DNA from: Candidatus Babeliales bacterium | GTDB lineage: Bacteria; Babelota; Babeliae; Babelales; UASB340 | Direction: 5' to 3' | DNA length: 64,000 nucleotides | NCBI GenBank assembly: GCA_023133515.1 | Contig: JAGLWI010000005.1 | Coordinates: 70,548 to 134,547 of the forward strand | The notes under the pieces: model-generated | Database searches by the model: none | Told to the model about the DNA's origin: nothing | Seen by the model: only the letters and a program-made list of their open reading frames with translations | Made by a program: the position numbers and the translations under genes | Shown here: one piece after another, positions 54,124 through 63,140 of the stretch | How positions within the stretch are numbered: the first letter of the stretch is position 1 | Layout: each line of letters starts with the position of its first letter

Positions 54124-55671
54124 GTGATGCATAATAGTAAAATAAACCTTCGCCAAGGCTTCCACCTACGCAAAAGCTTCGGTGGACATGTCGGCTTACA
54201 AATAAAAATTCTAGCTTCATTTTTACTTTCTCTTTTACTAATCTTTAACCAAATAACTCCGAAAAACAAACAAAATATAGAAAAAAATATTTATCCAGGA
54301 CTTGAACTTTTTTCTCAAACTATAGCCAAAATCGAAGCAAAAGGTTTTAGAAAAAAAGTAGATTTTCTAAAATTCACTCAAGAAGCTCTAAAAGCTGCAA
54401 TCCCATCAATAGTAGATGCCCATTCATCATTTTTTCCACCAAAAAGTTATAAAGCAACATTAGAATCTACATCTGGAGAATTTTCGGGCATTGGAGTTAG
54501 TATTACCGGCAAAACACCACAGGACGACGTATTGGTAATAGTAGATGTTATTGAAAGTGGCCCTGCACAAAAAACTGGACTTAAAAGTGGTGATAAAATT
54601 ATAGAGGTTGATGGTAAAAAACTAAGAAGTCTTTCAACAGATGAAGTCATAAATAACCTTTTAAAAGGAAAAGTTGGAACAAAGGTTAAATTAAAAATTA
54701 TAAGAGACAAAAAACCAATGGAGTTTGAAATCACAAGAGAAATAATAAAAGATCAAACATCACTTTGTTACAATTTTAAAAATCAAAATGTTCATTATCT
54801 ATCTTTAAGAATGTTTACACAAAAATCTGCAAAACAAATATCAGAATTATTAAAAAAAGCTCAAAAACAAAAATGTAATGGAATTGTTCTAGATTTAAGA
54901 AGAAATCCAGGTGGAATCTTGGACTCCGCAATAGACATGTCTGGTCTATTCTTGGAAAAAAATTCATTAGTCGTAACTACAAAAGATAGGGAAGGAAAAA
55001 CAATATCAGAATATAGAACTAATACAAAACCAATTTTTAATAGTAATATCCCAATCTTTGTACTGATAGATAATTTTACAGCTTCCGCATCAGAAATATT
55101 AGCAGAAACATTGCGATATTATTCTTCAAATAAAAATATCAAAAATAACAATTTAATGGTCTTTTTAGTAGGAACACCAACTTTTGGAAAAGGATCTGTG
55201 CAAGAAGTAATACCATTAATAAATGGATGTGCATTAAAACTAACAACTATGCTTTATTACATGCCAAATGGTAAATCTCCCCAAGCTAAAGGTGTTAAAC
55301 CAGATTTTATTATTGAAAATAAAATTATGCCACCAAATGAAATTAAATTGATCAATGATTTATATGGTCGTGAAAAAGTTCTAAAAAATCACATAACTGA
55401 AAAAGAAGTAAGTAATATAAAAGATACAAATACAAAAAGCATAAAAAAAATAAAAACCAACGAAAAAGAAGAAGAAAAAAGTTGGGAAGAAAAGAAAAAA
55501 GATTCAATTCTTAAGGATAACGTTATTCAGTCCAGTGTAAATATGATAGAAATGTTAGAAATGGCAAAAAAAATTGATACAAAACTTGTAGAAACAAGAA
55601 AAAAAGCATTAATTTTTTTAAAAAAACACTTTTTAACTGACGATTCAACTGGCCTTGAAAAAATGATATAA
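54124..55671 (+). CDS. carboxy-terminal processing (S41, tail-specific) protease with PDZ domain
   Basis: 515 aa. AAGGAG SD 6-9 nt upstream of GTG 54124 / ATG 54127. PDZ (GLKSGDKIIEVDG). S41 motifs DNFTASASEI and TFGKGSVQ. The N-terminal 24 codons include a family-1 repeat. Confidence 0.85.
   Translation: MMHNSKINLRQGFHLRKSFGGHVGLQIKILASFLLSLLLIFNQITPKNKQNIEKNIYPGLELFSQTIAKIEAKGFRKKVDFLKFTQEALKAAIPSIVDAHSSFFPPKSYKATLESTSGEFSGIGVSITGKTPQDDVLVIVDVIESGPAQKTGLKSGDKIIEVDGKKLRSLSTDEVINNLLKGKVGTKVKLKIIRDKKPMEFEITREIIKDQTSLCYNFKNQNVHYLSLRMFTQKSAKQISELLKKAQKQKCNGIVLDLRRNPGGILDSAIDMSGLFLEKNSLVVTTKDREGKTISEYRTNTKPIFNSNIPIFVLIDNFTASASEILAETLRYYSSNKNIKNNNLMVFLVGTPTFGKGSVQEVIPLINGCALKLTTMLYYMPNGKSPQAKGVKPDFIIENKIMPPNEIKLINDLYGREKVLKNHITEKEVSNIKDTNTKSIKKIKTNEKEEEKSWEEKKKDSILKDNVIQSSVNMIEMLEMAKKIDTKLVETRKKALIFLKKHFLTDDSTGLEKMI
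54146..54195. repeat. GC-rich hairpin repeat (family 1) inside the 5' end of the ctp CDS
   Basis: ACCTTCGCCAAGGCTTCCACCTACGCAAAAGCTTCGGTGGACATGTCGGC with a CCACC/GGTGG stem. Translated in frame as LRQGFHLRKSFGGHVG. Confidence 0.75.
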
Positions 55672-55726
55672 AACTTGGATTTTTATAAGAAAAAACTTAT
55701 AATATAAGTATAGTAAGAAATTAAAT

Positions 55727-55803
55727 GGTGGGCGTAGCTCAGTTGGCAGAGCATCAGATTGTGGTTCTGAGGGTCACGGGTTCGAATCCCGTCGTTCACC
55801 CCA
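55727..55803 (+). tRNA. tRNA-His (anticodon GTG)
   Basis: Cloverleaf with an encoded G-1 (55727) opposite discriminator C. Anticodon loop TTGTGGT. Encoded CCA. Confidence 0.9.
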
Positions 55804-55805
55804 GT

Positions 55806-55881
55806 CGGGGCGTGGCGCAGTTGGTAGCGCACTCGCTTTGGGAGCGAGGGGTCGTCAGTTCGAGTCTGACCGCCCCGACCA
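55806..55881 (+). tRNA. tRNA-Pro (anticodon TGG)
   Basis: Acceptor CGGGGCG/CGCCCCG, anticodon loop TTTGGGA, encoded CCA. Only 2 nt after tRNA-His. Confidence 0.9.
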
Positions 55882-55892
55882 TTTTTAAATTA

Positions 55893-55969
55893 GTGCCCGT
55901 AGCTCAGTTGGATAGAGCAACGGATTTCTAATCCGTAGGTCGCAGGTTCGAGTCCTGCCGGGCACACCA
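55893..55969 (+). tRNA. tRNA-Arg (anticodon TCT)
   Basis: Acceptor GTGCCCG/CGGGCAC, anticodon loop TTTCTAA, encoded CCA. Confidence 0.9.
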
Positions 55970-56016
55970 GCCTTCGCGTAAGGCTTCCATGTTCGCATAA
56001 AGCTTCGAAGGACAGT
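55970..56016. repeat. GC-rich hairpin repeat (family 1) bridging tRNA-Arg and arfB
   Basis: GCCTTCGCGTAAGGCTTCCATGTTCGCATAAAGCTTCGAAGGACAGT. Its 3' end (AAGGA, 56008-56012) is the only SD-like sequence before ATG 56017. Confidence 0.75.
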
Positions 56017-56454
56017 ATGAAAGAAGATTTTCCAATAAAAAACGAAATAGTAATTCCGGGAAATGAATTAGAAATAACTACTTCTAGATCTAGCGGAGCT
56101 GGAGGTCAACATGTTAATAAGACGGAAACAAAAATAACTATTCGTTGGAACATTAAAAATACTTCTGTATTAAATGATATTCAAAAAAAATATGTCTTAC
56201 AAAACTTAAAAAATAGACTTACAAAAGACGGAGATCTAGTCATTTCCAACAGTGAATCTCGTAGTCAACAACAAAACAAAGAAAATGCACTAAAAAACCT
56301 AGCTCAAATTATACGCCAAGCCTTACATGTTCCTAAAAAACGAATTAAAACCAAAGTTCCCAAAAAAGAAAAAGAAAAAAGATTACAAGAAAAAAAATTC
56401 CAAAGCCAAATCAAAAAAATGCGTAGTAAAAAGATAAAAAATTCAAATAATTAA
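56017..56454 (+). CDS. arfB: peptidyl-tRNA hydrolase ArfB (alternative ribosome-rescue factor B)
   Basis: 145 aa. GGQ motif ([19 protein letters not shown]) and a Lys/Arg-rich C-terminal tail. Confidence 0.85.
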   Translation: MKEDFPIKNEIVIPGNELEITTSRSSGAGGQHVNKTETKITIRWNIKNTSVLNDIQKKYVLQNLKNRLTKDGDLVISNSESRSQQQNKENALKNLAQIIRQALHVPKKRIKTKVPKKEKEKRLQEKKFQSQIKKMRSKKIKNSNN

Positions 56455-56482
56455 AAATAGCGATTCTTACTTCTCACATATT

Positions 56483-57265
56483 TTAATTATTTACTCCAAC
56501 AGAAGATTTTGGAATATAAAAATTTTTTAATAACCTCTCTCGCCTTTCCTCAAGATCACTAAAATCATCTTTTTTATTATCTGAAGAAAAAAAATTAAGA
56601 ATCTTATCTATACCTAAATTAAATTCTGTTGCGTTTTCCATAAGCCCAAAAATATCAGAAAATTTAACTCCTGAAGGCAAAAGGTTGTCAAAAAATCCTT
56701 TATTTTTATAAGTTGCATCATTTATTTTACAAAGAACATCACTCATGTCATTTACAAAACAATCCATGGTTTTTTTCATATCATTTTTAAGTTTTTCAAC
56801 TTTTTGCTCAAAATCATGAATATTTTTTTCAGAATCCTGCATAAACTCATCTTTTATCTGCTGAACTGATTGCTTATGACAATCTGCAATCTTCTCAATC
56901 TTACAATTCAATTCATCAATTTTTTCATTATTTTCTTTTTTAAAATCAGATAAATTATCTTTACAACCTTCTATATCTTTAGAACTATTTTTAAACCAAT
57001 CAAACATTTTAAAGGAAAATCCAAAACTTATTCCCAAAAACCCCAAAATTCCTAACACTGAAAGAAGATATCGCTTTTTAAACCAACGCTTATCCTTTTT
57101 AACACTTTTATTTTGATTAGAATCTTTGTTGCATTCATCATTATTATTAAAAATTTCGAGACTTGAAATAAGATCTTGAATTTGATTTGAAGAAAAATTA
57201 TTTAAAAAACACGAACTAAAATAAAAACACGAAATAAAGATAAAAAAGAAGACTTTGTTTCCCAT
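56483..57265 (-). CDS. hypothetical membrane-anchored coiled-coil protein
   Basis: The ORF track starts at 57292. ATG 57265 follows a G6 SD (GGGGGGTATGTAATG) and gives MGNKVFFFIFISCFYFSSC. Internal TM and Cys-containing coiled-coil. Confidence 0.5.
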   Translation of the reverse strand: MGNKVFFFIFISCFYFSSCFLNNFSSNQIQDLISSLEIFNNNDECNKDSNQNKSVKKDKRWFKKRYLLSVLGILGFLGISFGFSFKMFDWFKNSSKDIEGCKDNLSDFKKENNEKIDELNCKIEKIADCHKQSVQQIKDEFMQDSEKNIHDFEQKVEKLKNDMKKTMDCFVNDMSDVLCKINDATYKNKGFFDNLLPSGVKFSDIFGLMENATEFNLGIDKILNFFSSDNKKDDFSDLEERRERLLKNFYIPKSSVGVNN

Positions 57266-57426
57266 TACATACCCCCCGTAATTTGAAATCAAACTATTTA
57301 ATATATATCAAGTTTTCAATTAACAGATCAATAAAATGAAATATTTGCTTTACAAAACTATAAATAACAATAAGATAATTTTTTATTAACTTTTTCATAA
57401 AATTTAATAAAAAATTAAAAAAACTG

Positions 57427-57999
57427 ATGAATAAAACAAAAAAAAACATTTATTTTGTAACAGGAAATCAAGGAAAATTTGAAGAAGTAAAAAGTTTTAT
57501 AGATAAAAATGAACCAAATATCATTTTGAAACAATTCAAAACAGAAATTCCCGAGATTCAAACATTAGATCAAAAAGCAATTGCTATACAAAAGGCTATA
57601 AAAGCATGGGAAATCGTTCAAAAACCTTTGATTATTGATGATTCGGCAATCTATTTTGAAAATTACTATAAATTCCCAGGAATAATGACAAAATACGTTT
57701 TTAAAGGCCTTGGATTTGAAGGAATGGTAAAACTAGTAGAAGAAGGAAATAAAGCAATATTTCTTTTATATCTAGTCTATATAAACGGCCCAAAATCTTT
57801 TAAGATCTTTGAAGGAAAATGTTCTGGAAATTTAACAAAACCTATAAAATTCTATGGTAATACAAATCTTCCTTATGACTGTTTTTTTATACCATTTAGT
57901 ACTAATAAAACTTATGCACAAATGAGAAAGACAAAAGAAGGAGAAAAATATTTTCATAGAATTAAGGCTTTAAAAAAATTTATAAAATGGTGGAACTAA
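57427..57999 (+). CDS. non-canonical purine NTP pyrophosphatase (RdgB/HAM1 family)
   Basis: 190 aa. FVTGNQGKFEEV N-terminal motif and an IIDDSA acidic motif. Confidence 0.7.
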   Translation: MNKTKKNIYFVTGNQGKFEEVKSFIDKNEPNIILKQFKTEIPEIQTLDQKAIAIQKAIKAWEIVQKPLIIDDSAIYFENYYKFPGIMTKYVFKGLGFEGMVKLVEEGNKAIFLLYLVYINGPKSFKIFEGKCSGNLTKPIKFYGNTNLPYDCFFIPFSTNKTYAQMRKTKEGEKYFHRIKALKKFIKWWN

Positions 58000-58011
58000 T
58001 TAGTAATAAAA

Positions 58012-58041
58012 AAAGGGAAGACTTAAAAAAATCTTCCCTTT
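58012..58041. terminator. bidirectional terminator
   Basis: AAAGGGAAGA / TCTTCCCTTT 10-bp stem flanked by A-run and T-run, between convergent genes. Confidence 0.65.
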
Positions 58042-58064
58042 TTTATTATTATTTTATTATACGA

Positions 58065-59288
58065 TTATTTGTACAGTCTATAGTTAAGTTCTTTGAGTTG
58101 ATTTAGCCCTCTTTTTAACTGACAAGTATATCCACAATCATCTTTTAAGTTTGGCAAACCTTTTTGACTTAAGTTTTTATCAAATGGCAAACCTTCTTGT
58201 CCCGGAAAAGATTGATTTGAAAAAAAATCTTCTTTTGGACATATTGGTGATTGATTAGCAGGAACTGTTTGATTAGCAAAAGGTAAATTTCTAGTAATAG
58301 CAGTAACAATAGGAGAAAAAATAAAACAGATTTTACTTAAAGCTGATTTTCCAGCACCAAATACTTTCCAAAAATTATTTATTGTCATATAATTCCAATA
58401 ATAATATGTACCAATTCCAAACGCTGCAACATCACATACTAAAACTCCCACTGTGACGACTTTTCCTTTATGATTACGAATAAATTTTAAACCACTTACA
58501 ATAACTGTTCCAGTTGTTCCAATTTTTCTTTGTTCAACATTTTCATTAGATTGTTGATTATTTCCTACATTAGACTCTATTTCTTCAAGAACTAAAGCTT
58601 CTTCTTGTCGTTCAACATTTTCATTAGATTGTTGATTATTTCCTGCATTAGACTCTATTTCTTCATAACCCATAAGAACGAAAGCTTCTTCTCGTAGTCG
58701 TTCATCAGTTTCAGATTGTTGATTATTTCTTTCATCAATTCTAGATTGAATCGTAGAATCTACATCACCTGTAACTGGAACTTGTTCACTAGTTTTTTTT
58801 GGTGAAAAAAAATAATTTCCAACTCTTTCAAACAAACCTTTACTTTGATTATAAGCTTTTTCAATGTCTTTTTTAGCTTGAACTAGACCTTTTATATGAC
58901 TAGTATTTAACTCTTCATTTGTACATTTATTAAAAGCTTCGACAAAAAATTTCAAATCTTCATTATTATACTTTTTTGTGTAAAAAATATTTTTTAGATT
59001 ATTTAAAAAAGCTCCACAATACATTCTAAAAGATTCTTCTCTTTGTTCTTCAAAAAGATTTACAATTTTCTCAAAAGCATCTTTCTTAATTCTATATTGA
59101 TGATTCCCCATCTCATCCATCTCATTATAATAAGGCCAAAGTTGTTCAACTAAAATTGAATTCATCTTATTATCTATTACGGTTGGGGTAACAGGTTTTA
59201 CAAAACCTGAAGAAAAAACTGCAAGAAATGCAGTCATCAATAAAGACTTAACGGCAAAACTTTTGCCTTTTCGTTGTAACGTTTTCAT
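58065..59288 (-). CDS. hypothetical secreted protein with acidic Asn/Gln-rich tandem repeats
   Basis: 407 aa with a signal-like N-terminus. Repeats EEIESN(A/V)GNNQQSNENVE. Hydrophobic segment near the C-terminus. Confidence 0.5.
   Translation of the reverse strand: MKTLQRKGKSFAVKSLLMTAFLAVFSSGFVKPVTPTVIDNKMNSILVEQLWPYYNEMDEMGNHQYRIKKDAFEKIVNLFEEQREESFRMYCGAFLNNLKNIFYTKKYNNEDLKFFVEAFNKCTNEELNTSHIKGLVQAKKDIEKAYNQSKGLFERVGNYFFSPKKTSEQVPVTGDVDSTIQSRIDERNNQQSETDERLREEAFVLMGYEEIESNAGNNQQSNENVERQEEALVLEEIESNVGNNQQSNENVEQRKIGTTGTVIVSGLKFIRNHKGKVVTVGVLVCDVAAFGIGTYYYWNYMTINNFWKVFGAGKSALSKICFIFSPIVTAITRNLPFANQTVPANQSPICPKEDFFSNQSFPGQEGLPFDKNLSQKGLPNLKDDCGYTCQLKRGLNQLKELNYRLYK
58532..58735. repeat. 78-bp tandem repeat (2 copies + partial) inside CDS
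   Basis: GTTCAACATTTTCATTAGATTGTTGATTATTTCCT starts at 58532 and 58610. A decayed third copy starts near 58700. Confidence 0.8.
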
Positions 59289-59679
59289 AAGATAACCTCC
59301 TTATAAAAATTAAAAAATAACGACAACCTCATAAATTGAACACTCCATCATATCAATTAATAATTTACTTCTATTTTAAAAATATTTCAAACGCCTAAAA
59401 AAGCTTAAATTTTTTAATACTTATTTTAAACCTAAAAGCAGTGATTTATTGCTTAATATGAAAAATATTTCAACTTACATATCTAAGAATACTCCTATTT
59501 TTAATTATTTCAAGTGCTATAATAAAAAAAAATTACAAAGATAATAAAAAATGCAAAAAAATGACGATTTTTGACTGATTTTATGTAAAAATTTAAAACA
59601 AAAAGCTCATTTTTCCCAAAATGGCATATTTTTCAAGTGCCGAATTACTAGAAACAAATTCATAAAATGCTCGAAAAAT

Positions 59680-59699
59680 GGGGCGCGAATTTGCGCCCC
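59680..59699 (-). terminator. rho-independent terminator of the OMP gene pair
   Basis: GGGGCGC-GAATTT-GCGCCCC stem, followed on the minus strand by ATTTTT. Confidence 0.7.
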
Positions 59700-59745
59700 T
59701 AAAATTATTGAAATTTAATTAAATTATGAAAAAACTAAAATTTTT

Positions 59746-61206
59746 CTAGAAAGACATTCCAAATTTACCCCAGAATGCATAACCTTCAAGCTCGTGATCG
59801 TCTGGTGCAAATTCGTATGAAGCTCCAATGCTAAATGATGAAGGATATCTTCCATTGTGAAATTTGTATCCAATGCTTCCAAATGCCTTGTGGGTTAGCA
59901 TCGATGGAGTTGCAGCATCGTTAAGATTGAGGTCTGTCGAATTAATCATTTTAATTGCATTACCAACTGCAAATACATTAGCTGTAGTAAATCCTAAATC
60001 AGCTACCCCATATATTCCATCTGTCCAACCCTTCTTAAGCTTTAAGGCTTCACCTTCTTTTAAGAAAAGATTATAACCTAAATCAATCAAAAATTTTCTA
60101 CTCTTAAATGATAATGCAACCATAGAATCAATTTGATTTCCTGGACGAACAGATACATCTTGTGTTAAAACATTTGGTGCAGGAATAAGAGAAGATCCAG
60201 CAACAGCTCCAACTTTACCTAACAAATAATAACGTCCAAACGGTAATTGTTGACTATCAATCGGAATTAATCTTGTTTGAGATCCTGCAAAAAGATATCT
60301 GTGATTAAGAGCAAAAAGTAATCTACCGCTATGTTTTTCTTTCTTCCACAATTCAACAGATGCATCAATACCAAAACCTAATGCAAAGTGATGACCATTT
60401 CCATAAATTGGTTCAAAAAAAGATCCTCCTCTTGCTCTATTTCCTGAAGGAAGTGTAATTCCCAAATTTACATAAAAATGTTTATGTGGATCTTCAACAA
60501 CTCTATATCCAAAAGCAAGATCAACATCTGCAAAACCTGCCTTACTTTTTCTTTCACCAATTTTTGCATGAGTTAAAGCATCTTGTTTATTAGGATTGGC
60601 AGTACTTCCAATTAATGTCTTTCCTGCAAAATAATTTGCTAGATTGTTTCCAAAAGCATCTGCATGATAGTTAATGATTTTAAAATGTGGATCATTTTCT
60701 ACTCGTACAAAAGGCACGCTAGCTTTAAAAAATGTCTTTTTAAATGGATGCTCCAAAAATTGAAAAAAATCTAAACGAACTCCAAAAGCTTCTTGCTTTG
60801 GATCAAGATAAAAATCTCCATATGGATTAACAGCATAGTTCCAATTTCTAGCTTGATTGTGTATAAAAGCCTGATTTATTACTTCAACATCTTCAACACC
60901 AGGTCGTTCTCCTATCTTAAAATTGTTTTTTCCATTCCCAATTCCAAAATATTTACCAACATCATTACTTTTGACTGATGCTTGATAAAAAGGTGTTATT
61001 TGAAAATGACTTTTCCACATTCCGCCATCTTCTTTGCTCAATGTTGTTGGTGTATAAAAAATGTGATCATGCCACGTTGTCAATTCCATTGGAAGATTAA
61101 ATCCAACTGCTCGTGGTTGTAAAAATGTTTTTTTGCTATGAGTTGCTGAATACAGGCTAGAAAATGCCAAAGAAACTATCACTAAACTCTTCAAAATTCT
61201 TTTCAT
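59746..61206 (-). CDS. putative outer-membrane beta-barrel protein/porin (paralog 1)
   Basis: 486 aa with a signal peptide and alternating beta-strand pattern. C-terminal ...WGKFGMSF (terminal aromatic). Shares FEP(I/V)YGNGHH and the N-terminal KTFL.PR motif with the neighbour. Confidence 0.6.
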   Translation of the reverse strand: MKRILKSLVIVSLAFSSLYSATHSKKTFLQPRAVGFNLPMELTTWHDHIFYTPTTLSKEDGGMWKSHFQITPFYQASVKSNDVGKYFGIGNGKNNFKIGERPGVEDVEVINQAFIHNQARNWNYAVNPYGDFYLDPKQEAFGVRLDFFQFLEHPFKKTFFKASVPFVRVENDPHFKIINYHADAFGNNLANYFAGKTLIGSTANPNKQDALTHAKIGERKSKAGFADVDLAFGYRVVEDPHKHFYVNLGITLPSGNRARGGSFFEPIYGNGHHFALGFGIDASVELWKKEKHSGRLLFALNHRYLFAGSQTRLIPIDSQQLPFGRYYLLGKVGAVAGSSLIPAPNVLTQDVSVRPGNQIDSMVALSFKSRKFLIDLGYNLFLKEGEALKLKKGWTDGIYGVADLGFTTANVFAVGNAIKMINSTDLNLNDAATPSMLTHKAFGSIGYKFHNGRYPSSFSIGASYEFAPDDHELEGYAFWGKFGMSF

Positions 61207-61263
61207 CTCATTCTCTCCTTATCATTTTTCTAATTTTTTTACCTTTCTCCTCTTTAAACTAAA

Positions 61264-62796
61264 TTACCAAGAAATTCCAAGTTTACCCCACAATGTCCAA
61301 TTTTCTAAAGCCGAATTATTTTTTGAAACTTCATATGATCCACCAAGACCAAACATAACTGGATATTGCCATCTATCACATTCATATCCAATTGCTGCAT
61401 AAACTTTGCTCGTGATTTGATCAGGAGTTATAACAGGTTCAAAATCAAGATTTTCTTCGTTTATTGTTAATAATGAATGATCACCATTGGTTAAATTAAA
61501 ACCATTGGCATCGGTAGTATTATAAGCTACATTTGCCACTCCATATGTATCATCATTCCACAAATATTTCAAAGCAACATGCTCTTTTTCTTTTGCATAA
61601 AAATCATATCCAATATCCAAGGTAAATTTTTTACAAACTAAAGACAGATTAATCGTACTTTCATATTGACTTCCAGGTGAAACCCTTAAATCTTGAGTTA
61701 AAACATTTGCTAGAGGAAAAACTTTTTGTTGTCCACTTTCACCACCAAGAACATATCTATAAGCTGCACCTGAAGAAGAAAAATTTGTTAATGGAATGTC
61801 TTCTGACTTAATACCTAATGTTCTTTTTTCTACACTCTCAAAAAGATATTTGTATTTTGCAACAAAAGAAAGTTCAACATATTTATTTTCTCTTTTCCAT
61901 AAAATACAAGACTCATCCAAGTTTACTGTTATTCCCCAGTGATGACCATTTCCATAAACAGGTTCAAAAATATAATGTCCGTTTGGAGTACTCCCTGTAG
62001 GAATAATTAAACTTCCCATTAATGTTGCTCGTAATCTTCCCTTATGCCAAAAAGTATAACCCAGTGTTGCTTCAACATCAGCAATACCTGAAGCACTATG
62101 AGAACCTCCTGTAATTTTTGCATACCTTAAAGGTTCTTGTCGATTACCTTCATCATCCAAATTCTCTATGTCTCCAGAAAGGTAATCAAGAAAGCCATAT
62201 TCTTTTCCTGCAATAGCAATTGCATTGCCTTCAGAAAGTCTTGATTTTACTTCAGTACAAAGTGACGTTATGTTCATATCATTTTTAACATCAACAATTG
62301 GAGCATTAAATCTTAAAAAAAGACCATTCAATATTCTATCCAAATCTTGATGATAAAAAAGTCTGGCCCCATAAATTTTTTGATCCGGCTCAAATTTATA
62401 ATTAGCTCTCAATGGAACAACTGCAGTATGAGAATGAATTATCTGATTTCCTCTAAATAATCTTTTTTCTGCTGTTCCCGCAGGAGAAACACCGATTTCA
62501 TTTACAATTCCAGCTGTAATATCATTAGCAGTATCTTCTGCCCAATAAAAACCAAAATATTTGCCTATATTTTTTTTGTCTTCTGATTCTTGATAAAATG
62601 GAACCACTTGAATTGTGCCGTTGTATCTTGAATCGGCTTTTCTATGTAAATTCTTGTGCCAAATTGTATGTTCAAGTGGAATATTTGAAAGTTGTGATCG
62701 AGGCATTAAGAATGTTTTATCTGAATACGTTTTACCGCTTACTGCTCCAACCAAAAGAGCTGCCGCCGTTAAGCTCAACGCAACTTTTCTTACCAT
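61264..62796 (-). CDS. putative outer-membrane beta-barrel protein/porin (paralog 2)
   Basis: 510 aa with a signal peptide. C-terminal ...WGKLGISW. Paralog of 59746..61206. Confidence 0.6.
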   Translation of the reverse strand: MVRKVALSLTAAALLVGAVSGKTYSDKTFLMPRSQLSNIPLEHTIWHKNLHRKADSRYNGTIQVVPFYQESEDKKNIGKYFGFYWAEDTANDITAGIVNEIGVSPAGTAEKRLFRGNQIIHSHTAVVPLRANYKFEPDQKIYGARLFYHQDLDRILNGLFLRFNAPIVDVKNDMNITSLCTEVKSRLSEGNAIAIAGKEYGFLDYLSGDIENLDDEGNRQEPLRYAKITGGSHSASGIADVEATLGYTFWHKGRLRATLMGSLIIPTGSTPNGHYIFEPVYGNGHHWGITVNLDESCILWKRENKYVELSFVAKYKYLFESVEKRTLGIKSEDIPLTNFSSSGAAYRYVLGGESGQQKVFPLANVLTQDLRVSPGSQYESTINLSLVCKKFTLDIGYDFYAKEKEHVALKYLWNDDTYGVANVAYNTTDANGFNLTNGDHSLLTINEENLDFEPVITPDQITSKVYAAIGYECDRWQYPVMFGLGGSYEVSKNNSALENWTLWGKLGISW

Positions 62797-63140
62797 GCTC
62801 CTTCTCCTTTCTTTTTTTGTTATTATTATTTTTAATGCTAAATGTTAATGATAACCATACTACTCAAAAATAAACTTTCATTTACACATATTAATACTAA
62901 TATCAATAGATGTACACAAGAGTTTAAAACAAAATTACATAAAATAGCAAATTTGTTTTAATTATTTCAATTTCAAATTGTGTTTATAAAATTATTTAAA
63001 CTTTATTTTAAAGAAATAAAAACTTTAGAATCTTTGAAATTTATAAAAAAGTAATTCTTTAAAAACATCAGAAAATATCAGACCAAAAATTATCTACCAA
63101 AAAAATATGCTATGAAAACCAAAACTGAGAAAAAATATAT

